Source of the DNA: Acanthaster planci
Taxonomy: Eukaryota
DNA length: 64,000 bases
NCBI RefSeq assembly: GCF_001949145.1
Contig: NW_019091357.1
Span: 2,766,859-2,830,858, forward strand
Reading direction: 5' to 3'
Notes under the pieces: model-generated
Told to the model about the DNA's origin: nothing
Seen by the model: only the letters and a program-made list of their open reading frames with translations
The model's database searches: none
Shown here: positions 38,966-52,320 of the stretch, piece by piece
How positions within the stretch are numbered: the stretch's first letter is position 1
How the letters are laid out: every line of letters starts with the position of its first letter
Translations under genes and position numbers: made by a program

Positions 38966-41900
38966 ATGCACCCGGCAGCTCCGATTCAGACCGTGCAGAT
39001 ACAGGTGGCCTCCCCGCAGTCTCCCCGGCACAGCCGGTACTCTTGCTCGGTCAAGTCGCTGGGGATTTTACAGATCGTTCTGGCTGTGGTGTCAGCCGCT
39101 TTGGGCATTGCGTCCGCTGTTATCTGGAGGCACTACTCCTTAGCAAGTATCGTATCTGGTGCTTGGGGAGGGCTCGTGGTAGGTTACGTTTATTGTGGTT
39201 TCCTAGATACTCACCATTATGCATCATTATGATCTGAAACGATTTCCTTGCAACAAAATCAGGGCGTTTTCCTTGCAAACGATATCGGAAGTGTCGTGGT
39301 ATAGATGAAGTTTGACATTCTGAGAATTATGGACCAAATGCCGTCATACGGACTCCATACTGCGCACGACTCAGTCAACAAAGAGCTGATACGGGTCATG
39401 GGGGTAGAGAGTCGATACCAGAGGAAACCGAATATCGAGAGTGTCAACATTTAATACATAACGATATTTATGACCCACAGGGTATAAAAGGTGGTAAGTT
39501 TTCTTCCAGCATTTTTTTCATAATTCTTGAAGAAGGAAGCTTTCCTTCTGGTCAGAGGACTGACCTGTACGTCGAAACTCAACATCTTTTTTTCAACTTT
39601 CGTTTACACTTTTTTAAGTCTAACTACAAAGGCAGGGTTTCTTGGACGCTTTGCTGGTCAACCATTGCATCGAGTAATTACTTTAACTAAAGAACTGTAA
39701 AAAGATGGGCAGGGTGGTCGATATTTTGGCCTTAAAATGAACTAACATGAGTACCGTTTTTTTTTTCTTTGTACATGTAAGATTAGGTCTGACTGGTTAC
39801 TTGATTACATATTTCCAACCCTCGGAGTGTGAGGTTCATGAGGAAGAGTGAAGCAAAAAGGGAATGATCTTGATCTTTGATTGATATATTTTGTGTCTCT
39901 TCCATTCCAGTTTTACCTCCCCGCTGGAATCCTGGGCATATTGTCCGTTAGGGTCAGTACGTCGCGAAGACGTGTGGTAAGATATTGGCGTTTTCGAATG
40001 AGCTAAGAAATAAATCAAGAAATAAATTTAAAAAACTGATTTTTGAGGATAGTAACAGACCCCCAGAGCACATTCAAAAGGCACTGCTTTACATGTAATG
40101 TACAGCGTCCCCCTTCAAACAAATGTCACTGTCCATATAAAAACAGGCCAACTGGTGAGGTCTCACTTTTATATTAAAAAGGCATATCTCTGGATCTTCG
40201 TACGATTACCACGTGTATTTTTGAAGAGTCAAATAAATAAAACAACATAAACACACCATTAAAGCAAGAAAGTCTTGTTATGCTTAAAATGGATAAAATT
40301 GCTTACATTGATACCCTTGCCTGGATCTATTACTTACATTATAGAAAGTCACCAACTGAAACAATTTCAGTCCATGGGTTTAAAAAGTCTGGCGTCAGGA
40401 AAAGTTGCCACCTGGTTGGAGCTGTTTAAAGCGAGAGTTGCGACATGGGTGTCTCAGTTGTAACCAAGGTGGTGGATGATGCGTCGACGGAGATGGACAA
40501 GAAACACACAATCATGTTTTACGTAATGCACTCATGCATTAACAGATATTTGGGTTCCACAGTCTGTAAATGGCGCCACTCCCTGTAAACACAGCTCTGC
40601 CCTTGGCCAGCTTCGTGACCATTATATTATGAGGAGTTGACCTGTTACAAACTTCAGCATCGGTTGTTTCAGCCGAGGTCTTTGATATGAACTCATCATA
40701 TGGGCATATTTGTAGTAGTAATGCTCTGTTTTGTTTATGTTGCCTTTTTCTGCAGGCGATTGCAACCATGGTCATGTCCATTTTAGCCGCAGTCATGGCT
40801 GGTACCAACATCATCATATACAGCATCTGCATGACTCAAACTGTCTATTACTACAACCCCTACTACTACATCTCTGTAAGATAAGAAACCACAAGGTCTG
40901 CTATCGAGCCCTAAAATGCATCTCGTTACATCCAAGCCAGAAATAACAAATAGGGATAAATAGTTGTCACCAACAAACGCAAACTACTCACAAAGAGTAA
41001 CAACTTTACACAGATGGACGGTTTTCATTTTATCTGATTGAACCTCAACCCCCGCAAAGGGGGGTTTCTTTTAAACAATAATTCCCTTTTTCCTTCCTCC
41101 ATAATCCTCATCGATCATTTACACAAAGGCCATATTGGCCTGATGGACTATCCCCAACCCCATCCCCCTTAAAATTGCCCAAACGATAATTCAGTTCTTG
41201 ATCCGCCGTCTAAGAGGTCAGTAATGAGGAGAATGGGGGTATATATCCCCAACCTTTTGAGGTGGGGAATGGGCTATCAAATCATCCTCCAACTTTTTTG
41301 TGGTGGGTGTGGAGGGTGGTTTAGAAGTTTTCGGACTTTCCAACAGGCAAAAGATATCCAAAGCACTCAAAAGGAGAACAAAAAGCCATAAATATGCCGT
41401 TCTTATGTACGGTAATTAAATGCAACACATTATTACAGATCGCCACGAACATAGTGCCATACTGTGTTAACACCATCGCCCCCAACACCACTTTTCAAAT
41501 TTCCATTGCCAGGCAAGTCATACCCTTTTCCACAATTAACCATCCTCCATCCTCTTATTAATAATTTTCAGGCAGAGCTCGGGTTGAATTCAGTGCTGCT
41601 GGTCGTTTCCCTAGCGGAACTGGTTGTGTCGATCGTTGCTTCCGCCTATTGCTGCTACGTCATGAAGGAATACCAGCCGGCCACCACCACGGTAACAAAC
41701 ACCATATTATACTCAATGGCTCGAACAGAAATGAAATCATCATCTTGTTCCATTCAACTGTCTTCTGTTTCTACCTCCATATTCTTTCCATTTCTTTTTC
41801 TTTTTTGTCTAGGGTTAGCTGTTTACATGTTAACATATTCACACCAAAGCAAACTCACTCCCTCAAAAGTGACAGCTCCAGTCTTACATGTGGCCATCTG

Positions 41901-42914
41901 ACTGCCCGCTTTTTGAGATAACGAAAAAAAACCCCGCGTCAACAAGTTGTGGAATGAAGGGGTCTCAATGACTGCGATGCATTACAGCTTGCCCAATTCA
42001 CTGAGTAAGATCTGGGTGTCGCCTTGATAATTCAAAGCTAAGTTGTAAGGCAGTCACAAGGCATCACCCCAGAGGAGAGGGACCAACATCACCCTTCCTG
42101 CAACTTGTACCTCCGTATAAGATTAACATAAGCTGGTCCCCACTACCAGTGGACCAAGGCGCTGTGCGTGAAAACACAAATTCATGCCTCTTGTCCAAAC
42201 TAAACTGCGGTCTTGTGGTGGAAATAACGCATTCCATGACGAGGTTGCAGAGCTCTCACAATGCCGAGAGCTGATTTAAATAATTTTAATCATGGCTTTT
42301 GCCCTTACCCAACGTTTTTATAAACACCGTTTACCGAGGGTATACGTTTGTAAGAAATGTATTATAGTCACTTCCAACATCATCTAATAATTTCTTATAT
42401 CACATTCATAATAGCAATAGTATGTATTTAAAAGAAAAAAATGGAAAAAAATCTCTTTATCCTGTCTCTCCTCTGGTGCAAACCAGATCCAGTACGGACA
42501 CCCAACCACGAATAATATATACAACCACCAACCGGCTGCTTACCCAGGGCCAGCCGTCGCCCAGGCTCCTGCGATGTTTGTAACCAACCAGGCCGCTGCT
42601 TCTTCCCCGCCCCCTAGCTACGGGAACGCCGTCGGAGCCGACATAGATGGTATGTTCAGTCAGTGATCATAAGGGGGGGAGGCGGAATAAGTGATATCCA
42701 TGCTGTTTCATTGGCCTCCACATGCGCTAACCCTGACCAACTGGACAATTTTCAATTTCGGAAATCACATCGTGGGTCCTTATTCTGTTTTCACGGCCGT
42801 TCTTGAAAAGAGACTAAGCAGTGTGGATCCCTTCGATGAATGTTTTCTTTATCATGTCATTTTCTTTATCATGTCATTGCAGATACCACAAAGGGCAATA
42901 TCAACTTGGCTTGA
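38966..42914 (+). CDS. MS4A/CD20-like tetraspan protein, gene 7 (~237 aa, intact). Exons 38966-39178, 39911-39976, 40756-40875, 41572-41691, 42487-42649, 42883-42914
   Basis: Six GT-AG exons in frame. Tyr-rich loop (TQTVYYYNPYYYIS), TM4 LAELVVSIVASAYCC, PPPSY, ends DTTKGNINLA*. Confidence 0.88.
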
Positions 42915-45900
42915 GTGTTCTTCACAAACAGCCGTCATTTTCTCAAGAATCAACCGGCAAAAACAAAGACATCACCTGTACAAATACTAAATAAAACTTC
43001 TGCGTCAACTAGAAAAACAATCGTTAAAAACAATTTGTCAATTTCAAATTGACCAAATTTCTTGTGCTGTTTGTTTTCTATTCTGTGTACCCAGTTTCTC
43101 TGTAAATAGTGTTAGAAACCACAACATGAAAGCATGCAGAAGGTTTGCAACTTGGCCCAATTTCAGGGCGCTGCTAAGCAAACGATTTAACGGCATTATA
43201 GCGTATGCTTAGTTCATGGAGACTGTCAGTATTAAGCACAGCAAAAGGCACGCTCACCCCGGATGAAAAATTTGCCTATTAACTTAGTGACGTGCAATAG
43301 AAATCTCCAAGCGCGTCCATGCAATTTTTGTGTTAAGCACAGCAACCGTGTTTATAATGTTCACCGTGAAATACTCTTACCGTCTGGCACAAAAAATTGT
43401 GGTAAGCAGCTCCGCAAAATAAACACCTTGTGAGTTAAATTTGAATAAAGTCTGGTACGATGAGTTATCTGAGTGCACATTAACGTAACGATTTGAATTA
43501 CCCTGACTGAAGACACCACTGTTGCTACACCTCTTAGCGACCACCATCTCTGGAATGGACTGGTTCCTTTGCGCCCTTCTTATCCACTGAGAACAGTGTA
43601 TTGTTGCAAGGCGTCTCTTATGTAACTAAGCAAAAGCCTGTCCCGAATCAGTAAGTATAGCAACGGGGTTTGTAGTACGGAGAATCCAAACTGTTGATTC
43701 ACGTGAATTTAAGGAACTCAGTGTGCCAGATTATATTCAAATTTAACTCGCAAAAGGCTCGTTGGGCCCTGCTAATGAATTGACAAGGACGAAAAGGCAT
43801 CTTTAGACACTTAGAAACAACCGTAGGGTAACCGGAGGTGTAGATTACGTTATTCAGTATGTGTCACTGCATAAGAACTTGCACGATATTCTTGCTTGTG
43901 ACCTTTAATGGAAAGATTATTCAGAAAGTGTTTTAAAAATTATTTATTTATTACATTACGTGAAGTTTGCACTTACAAAAAAATGTGTAACTCCTGTTAA
44001 AATTTCGCAGCTACCTTGTGTGTATTTCACGAATTTTGTAATTAGAAACCCACCAAAACAACTTTAGATGTTTTGTATTGTAAGTGTATTTCAGTTAAAT
44101 AATAATTTGAGACAGCTTAATGTTTGTATCAGAAAATAGAGTGATAATTATTTTGCCGGTGTGTGATTTTGCTGTAGGTTATTTTCAAAGTTTGAATGGC
44201 ATCATAAATAATTACACATTTTACCGTTTTACCGAATTACCGTCTATACTAGCCAAAGACTTTATTTCGCTTTATGACAACTGTGACATAATAAAGGGTC
44301 GACAGATTTCGTGCATTGTGATTGGCCAACGCGTCGCAGACTCGTGGAGGTGCACTATTGTGAATTACCCGGATTCCCTGTTTGATAACATTTTTGCATG
44401 AAAGCATTGGGACTGATCTTTAACCGTATATACTTCTTGTACAAAGCTATGCCGCGCAGTGTTTGCATGATATCACAATACACTTAGGTCAATGAACATC
44501 ACAACTTCAACCCGACGGTTATACATTAACAACACTGTTTAACAGACGTTTTCAGTCACTACTCTGCCAGAACACGAATATAGCCCTCTAGGTGGTGAGG
44601 CATTGCTGAAAGATAGCTAAAGCTCAACTTGCCTCTTCGCAAGTTGCAGGTCTAGCCAACTTGCTAGTGAAACCATTCGTGTCAAACGCAGAGTGAGCCG
44701 TCTATAACATCCGTGGGACATTTTGGGCCCTGTACTTCTTTTTAAAGCCCAGTTTTCCTATTGAGGTCAAGAGGCTCCGAGTTAGAGCATCGTTGATCAA
44801 TTTCTGACGACACGCAGTGGTACAGAAACACTACCGCGGCTTTTGTTGTGTCGCCGTAACAGGCCTACATGAACACGCACCCTGGCATGGGAGACATACA
44901 TTACAACAAATATCTATCCCACTTCTGCCACTTGCCTATTTTCTCCTTATTATTAACATTTGACCCAACAATGGTAAAACAATGACCACAAACAAATATA
45001 CCCAAATGGAGTACCAATTTAGCTTCAAGAGTTGGTATCACGACATGAAGGGGCATTTTATTCGAAATATTTGCCCAGTTTCAGACGCTATTTTGTTTAA
45101 TTTCTTGGGTAGAATGACGTCACGTCTGTGTCTTGCTACCTCGCATGCCATTGGCCTTCGTTACGACCATATGGATGATAAGCTTAAGCTGCAACTTCGT
45201 GTATGTTTACTCGCTACCGCGTATTGCATCCATTCTTGCTCATCTCAAAAGTCAAAATTACGTTCGTGTGCGTAGCTAGTGTTCATGTAAGACCAGGCTA
45301 CATCTTCCGATTTCAATATGAAACTCCATCATACACTATATCATTCGAGGTGCCGCATAGGTGTTCATATCTACTTTCAGGCTCACTGTTGTCTGACGTG
45401 AGGTGAAAAAAATTGGTGATACAATTTCGTGATTGTAAAGAGTGTGGCGGAAATACCTAATTTTGAAATAATTTCTCTACAAAATGCTAAAAGTTTACCA
45501 AGCATCGCGGTGTAGACCGGTCACATCTACCTTTGGGGTTAACTCAGTGAGATCACGGCCAACTGTACACCACTGGATATCAAAATAAACGGAGAAATCA
45601 ACAAAGTCTGGTTTCCATGAGCTTTTCAATTGGTCTATTTCTTGTTTATCAGCGTCGTCGTTTTGCCAACTCAGGGAACAGGAATGACCTTTCTGCAGAA
45701 TCTGTGTCAGCGCAACCATCTACTATTTGCATTTGCGATGAGCTGTCAATATTTCACCACTTACGTAGGCGCCCACAACAGGAGACCGTCAGTGGACAGT
45801 CAGTCATCGTGGAAAATTCAGCGCGGTCTAAAAGCACTTTGAACCCAGAGGCACGTGGCACAAACGTATCTGCCTGTGAGTAAATGTATAATTGTTCAGC

Positions 45901-46635
45901 ATGATTTCAACTTCCAGCGGGTTATACATTAACTCAGGACGCAATGTGTGTCAATTATGAGCAATACATTCCGCGAGGTTTGGCGTCATCCACCAGAGTT
46001 GGCCCGAGCTCTGCCTTTTAGGATGAAAACAGGTCGGCCATTTTCATAGTGGAAAACTGACAAAGAGGTATACCGTTACTGAGGCACAGGGTTCTGAGAG
46101 TGTCGTTTCAAGTGAGTAAAAACCTTCAATACCCTCTCTTTCTTGTGGCTGAACACCGTAGTCCTCTGAGCGGTTGTTGTTACCATGGTGCAGCATAGGA
46201 TAATATGCAGTTTTTCACCTTCAAACACAAAAAGGGAAACTGCGTGCTATTTGCATCATTTTTTTATCTGCCGTGTGGCCGCCATTTTGTCTCTCAAAAT
46301 GGCCTTCCCTTCGGATCTGAGTATCATATGAAGTTCTTTCTGGTGGCCTACCTCATGTTTGTGATACCAAGGAATTTGTTCAAGCTTAACTGATGAAGCA
46401 TTTTTACCGGACGACGGCCAGTTTGGGGTATTGTCGCCGCCGTGGTGGTCGGGTTGTTGGTACGGTTGATGGTGTGGCCGTGGATGCGGTCGTGGTATAA
46501 ATGTACTGCGGTTGCTTTCCAATGACCCAAAACGACACCTTGCATCACATTAAAAATTCTATCGTTTTCAATGAGGGTTGTGCCTGTTTGTGTTTCCCCC
46601 GTAGTTGCTGAACTGAGGTGCGCGAGGAGGCCAAG

Positions 46636-49600
46636 ATGCAAGCGGCTACTCCCCCGATTCAGACCGTGCAGATGCAGGTGGCTGCCCCATCGCCTCCCCG
46701 GCGCAGCCGGTACTCCTGCCCAGTCAAGTCGCTGGGAATTCTGCAGATCGTCCTGTCCGGGGTGTCGGCCGTCTTTGGCATTGCCGCGGCTGTAACTACT
46801 CCGTATGTGATTACGGCAGCGTCTACGGGTGTCTGGATAGCATTACTAGTATGTGCTGATTTGTTACTTTGCTCATTTCTTACTTTCTCAGTCTTCTCCT
46901 TTTTTGTCACTATAGTAACGTCGGGGGAAAGGTTCAACTCACCCCCCTAAGGCTAGAAGGGAGACGTCTTTGTTTTGGACATTTCGGATGACTGCTGAGT
47001 AAGCAGTCTCTAGAACCCCCGCTTCATTGGTATTCACTCTTCTTAAGCTTTTTGGGTTGAAACTGTCATTTACATACAGCAAAGCATGTGAGTGCAAGTG
47101 TAATCCAGACGGACGCTACTCTCTCTAGTGCATAAAATTCCAGTTTGGTTTTCGTTTTTACCCTAAGTTGTTTGTTTGTTTGTTTGTTTTTTGTATTTTT
47201 TTCAGTCTTACCTTCCAGCTGGTGTCCTTGGCGTCCTGTCTGTGACGATGGCTCCTGCTTCGCGGAAAAGCCTGGTAAGATTTGTTTCCTACATTTGGCT
47301 TGGACTGCAAAAGATAACAAATTCCTGTCGAACAGTGGCGTATCCAGGTGTTAGATTGGAAAAGGTACAATGGAATTTTTCCTCGAAACGACTTTCCATT
47401 TTTTGTTTTACTCGTTTAAGAATTCTCCCCCCATCGGGAGGTAATACCGATTTTTAAATGCTGGTACTCTGAATTTGTTTAAAGACAAAAATCTCTCTCA
47501 AGGGATTATAGATGTTTAAGATATTTTGGGACAGATCTAGTCTGAGCTGGTAGAAGGGCAGATCCAAGAGGAGGTAACGGGGCTATCTCCACGCCCTCCC
47601 CCCTAAAAAGTATGGCCCTCAACAATTTGGTTCTAGAATCACTCTTGTCTGGGTGACAATTAGCAGTGTATGTATTATGTCTATTTTTATAGGATGAAAG
47701 CCGTATTATAAAAGACATCTATTCTTTCTCTCTGCAGGCGATTGCATGTCTGGTCATGTCCATTATTTCATCTGTCGTTGCTGTTCTTAACATCATCATA
47801 TACGGCATATCTGCCGGCATCAATGTAAGACGAAAACTAAGATCATTATCTCCATAAATATGCATGTAAAGGCCTCGAGAGGGCTCTCGTTATGATAGAT
47901 CTAAACTGACAATACGTGTAGTTGAAACGGGATAAGTTTCGCATAAAGTAAAAGAAAGTGAGTAAAAGTGCGTATTTCCCATACGCACAAAATAAATATT
48001 TTGCACGGATCGCAAGGTGTTGTCCACCATCTAGCTTTTGAAAAACATGTCTGTGATTCTGCCGACAAACGTGATAGTCGAAAGAATCACAAAAATAAAC
48101 AAACACATACAGTTAGCGCGGTATTTGAATATAACAGCAGTCAGCAGCTAGTTTTGGGGATTGAGGTTGAATCCACAATGGTGTAATATTGGTCAATTGG
48201 GCAAATGCTTGTCCTCTGTGCAAAACAAGTGTTTTTGCTAACTGATGAAAGGTTGAAAAAGAAGCAAATTCACCACTTTTGTTTTAGCTCAGAAACTATA
48301 ATTTCCGATACGGTTAGACAATTATCGAAACTTCAGAGGAACGTGGGCAGATTTGATTCAGCTCGACAATGGGGGGGGGGAACAATAATGAAGTCAGCAT
48401 CGATTGTCCTGAAGTTTACAACTAATGGAAGGACGTGTGAAGGTTGATGTAATCAGTACTCCAGTTTCGCTCGACTCAGAGTCCAGAGGGGGCTGGAGTG
48501 AACCCTAGTCCCATTACACGTTGGTGAAAAAAAGGAAAGTGTAACCCATCCTCTGTTTCTGGAGTCTGTACGGGGGCGGATCCAGGAATTTTTCTAGGGG
48601 GGGTTTAGGCCAATTTTTTTTTTTTCATTTTTGCAGATAAGTGGAATTGATGTTGAAACATTACATGATTATTGTTTTCAATGGTATTGGTGTACAGCTA
48701 GGAAGAATCTACGGGATGCTATCTTGTTTTTAAACTTACTTTAGATATTTTATTGTTTTTCCATTTTCTACGGGGGGGGGAGGTTCGACTACCCACCCTC
48801 CCCCAGATCCGTGCCTGCTACACCGTTATGTTGCCACTTTGCCAACCTACCGAAAGATTAATCTCCTTTTCGCGTGCCCAAGAATAAGGGTTATTGATTG
48901 TACTTTAAAGAAACCTCCAGGCTGACCTGAAAGATATTTGTGTTTACATTCAACACCAAACTTATTGCTAGGCTACTTGATAACTCTCCGCCTGTTGTCT
49001 GTGTGTGTCTCCAGTTTTTCTACCAACTTTCGGGACGTTGGGGAAATTGAAATAATCGTTTTGAATCTTACCTCAACAGTATTACTCCGCCCCGGTGGCT
49101 ATGAGCGCCCTCATTGTTATTATCTCCCTGACAGAGCTTGTTGTCTCAATCGTCGCTGCCGTCTACTGCCCTCACGTCATGAGGGAATACGGAAGCGCCA
49201 ACACCACGGTATGACTGTATTAAAGCCAGGGCATTATTTTGTGAACTTTGAAGACGAGCTTCTCCTGAGTGGGATCTCACTGGTGACAAACATTGGGCCA
49301 ATTCGGTATTCCCTCAGCGCACGGTCAGTCGAGAACATAGAAACCCACTGGGGTGCGAACAACTCTACCTGCACGCGCATTTGGGACTTGCGGCTTCAAA
49401 CTCTGGGTGTTTTGTTCACGAAAGCTGTCAACCTTTGACAGGCTGTAGAGGCGGGTGGCTACATTGAGACCTGAGCCAAAGACTGGCAACTGCTTCATTG
49501 GGATATCAGGCAGGGGAGGATTTAAAAACTCGTGAAGTTGAACAGAAACTTGTTCTGGTGATCCTAATCTAAAATCTATCATTAAAAAAATGCACAGCTA

Positions 49601-50795
49601 CGTCCTTAGCATCCAACAGGCGGCGCTCTTTCGGCTGACTTTTTCTGGGGGTGCGTAGCCTTCGCGGCCGTGCTCGAACTTGAATAACCTTACCTCTTTT
49701 TGAAACACTTAACTGGCTCATTACCACAAGTGTGATCCTTTTCCTTGCACAATTTCGTTTCCCAGCACTTTTTGCAATATGAGCGTTTCACAATAGAGCG
49801 CCTCCAAGAGTTTGCCAGGTGAAATCTGTTGACCCAGTGCGTGTTTGGAAATGGTCGACAAATTTCGCGCGTTATAATTGGTCAACGTGTTGCGAACTCT
49901 TGGAGGCGCACTACTGTGAATCGCTCGTATACGATTACGCCACAATTGTTCGAGTTCTTCAACCGTTTAAACCCTGTATCGAATCGTCACTATATTGATG
50001 TACAAAACATGTCATCGAAACTGATTTTTTTTTGGGGGGGGGCTTTCAGATCCAGCAAGTTTCGATGCAAGGGAACCCGAACATGGTCGCCTACATTTAC
50101 AACCAAGGACCAGCCCCCCAACCAAGTACTGGCCCTGTCCCCGAGACGTTTGCGGGAAACCAGCCTGCCCCTGCGTGTCCGCCCCCAACCTACGCTGCTG
50201 ATGACGTAGGAGGTAAGGAAATGAACCATCGGGCGTTCTCGTTGCATCACAGGACTGCGTGGCAAGTATAGCATGGATTCCATGCATCGCCGTGCCTATG
50301 TAATGGAGATCAATGTGCATCACCCTCTACGGGAACTGAACCAGTCTAACACTAATTAATTTCACCAGGTTGAAATTGTATACAAAGGCGACAGCTGCAC
50401 AGTACGAAAACAAACGCGCCATTTTTAATGTAAAAGATAGAAACCCAGTGACCATTGACCTCCATGTGAAAACTCTGAATAGACCAACTCTTGTTAACAG
50501 TGACGTCATATCAATATCATCGCTTTGAATAAGCACTCCTCCCAAGTTGAGATTTTTAAATTGTTCGTTCATTTGAGTTGTCGATAGAGGCTCCCTGCGA
50601 GTTCCGCACATTCCAGTGGAGGGATCATAAACCAGTGCGAGACTTAACTTGTTTGCCAACATGGCAAAGCTCGGAACGAGCTATATCCAGATTTTTTTAC
50701 GCGGAGGGCAGTATAAAAACTAAAGTTTATAAAAGTTTCCTTTTTTGTTTGACTTCATTGCAGGGGTGGGAAAGCAACCAATCGACCTTGCTTGA
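46636..50795 (+). CDS. MS4A/CD20-like tetraspan protein, gene 8 (~230 aa, intact, more divergent). Exons 46636-46848, 47206-47274, 47738-47824, 49080-49208, 50050-50212, 50764-50795
   Basis: Canonical splice sites and conserved phases. KSLGILQIVLSG, SYLPAGVLG, AIACLVMSIISS, LTELVVSIVAAVYCP, PPPTY, ends GVGKQPIDLA*. Confidence 0.85.
48571..48817. mobile_element. G/C-tract MITE (GGGGCGGATCCAG...GATCCG..CCTG); related elements at ~11578-11757, ~28912-29109 and ~37822-38010
   Basis: Imperfect inverted termini with poly-G/poly-C tracts, typical of short hAT-type non-autonomous elements. Confidence 0.55.
49778..49929. mobile_element. MITE M1 copy in gene 8 intron 4
   Basis: tatgagcgtttcacaatagagcgcctccaagagtttgc...ctcttggaggcgcactactgtgaatcgctcgta. 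Confidence 0.8.
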
Positions 50796-52320
50796 ATCTT
50801 TTGACTTGCGAAACAGCCGGGCGTGTTGGACGAGCCGCTGCCTACAACAATAGAAAAATCGTTCATTTCTTGAAAGGTTAACGCAAATACTGCTTTCACA
50901 TTTTGAAGGGAATTGCAGTCAATAAAAATGAAAGTGTCACGTTTGTATATCTAGTGATTATCGTGTGGCTTGCAGTGAGAACGTCTTCGTATCAAAATTG
51001 TTATAGCACAAAAACAAAGTGGAAAAATGTGCAAGCGTAACCAATTAGAAAGCTCTTTATAACTCTGTATAATTTCGAAGCTTATAGAGCCATATTTTTG
51101 CAGTAGTTCTTGTTAGGAAGTGTAGATGATGGTTAAATTCCTTGGGAAGATATTTGTATTTCAGTTGCAAATTCACGTATATAGAATGCACCACTGAAGA
51201 GAGTCTTTGAATTTCAAAACATTGGGAGAGCTAAGTAAACTGAAATGGGGAAAAAACGCGAAGTAAGCAAAGGTTTGGTTTGTTTGAAGTGCAATGACCG
51301 AGGACATTTGTCGCTCTTCGTTCACATTCCATCACTACCAGCTGCATGTAGGCCTAGTTTGATCGTTTACATTTTTTGCTTCTAAAATCTGCGTCTGGAG
51401 GTGCATTAGGCCAAGAGAATTTGAATTCAAAACATTGTTTCAGTGACATTGATGTTCTGCCAAAGTGAATTCATAGGTTTGGTGAGGTTTGGTTTGGTTT
51501 GTTTATTTACTTCCATATCTTTAATACAGTATTCACATGAATTTCATATGAAAATAACAGAAATGATATGAGGATTCCAAATAAAACGCAAATTATGCTT
51601 GTACAAAATCTGGAGCCTGTTTCTATTTAAATGATAGGCTATGAATTATATATTAAACTTTTTCAAGGAATCTATTGAAGTTAAAGAGGAAAGTAGAAAC
51701 ACGTTAATTTATCTATGTGTATATCAATAATCCTCTTTAAAATTAATTAAATAGATAACTACGATAATAAGTACACAAGATGAAGTTAACCACTCATTTG
51801 GAGAAATTTCTATTACCTTAATTAAAGGGTGTTTAGTGTAGGTAGCTTTTAGCATCCTTCCTGTTCTTGTGACTCGATTAAACTGTAATCATTCGTCACA
51901 TGATTAAAAAACTTCAGAAACCTATATAGGCATTTGGAGGGCGCTGTATTTTTCAATGTTTTTATTTCTATTTGTTTAATTCAGTTGTCTGCTTGTGGAA
52001 TATCATTGCACCTTGACGGTCAAAGCTAAGTGAAATTGAAATTAATGAAGCTTCTAAAGCAAACTGCCGTGTCCGAAGCGTGTTATGCAATGCAAATCTG
52101 CAGGCTACAAATTTGGGCATCAAATAACCTTTCAAGATTGACCTTTTCCAACAGTGGAAAGACTGAAGTGGGAAGAAAAAGTACTCTCTCGGTTTGAACA
52201 AGTACATCCTCAATGCTTAAAACACGCATGCCAGTTCGACCAAACTCCTTTTTCCTCACGTGTCCACGAGCTGACGCTGTTACACAATGCATGTCTATTG
52301 TAATGTATTACAAGCACGCT

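Larger units (their letters stand above)
27585..44150 (+). repeat. Tandem segmental duplication B: ~27585-35307 (gene 6) vs ~36819-44150 (gene 7); the second unit starts at ~35307 and includes the orphan exons
   Basis: Collinear similarity, e.g. 28395-29000 vs 37325-37940, 31100-31750 vs 40880-41540 and 34080-35300 vs 42960-44150. Both units end at ...agagtgataatta. Confidence 0.88.

Noticed and set aside
46420..46525. Hydrophobic or His/Pro-rich readings upstream of gene 8
   Set aside because: Degenerate (GGT/GTT)n simple repeat with no splice or family support.
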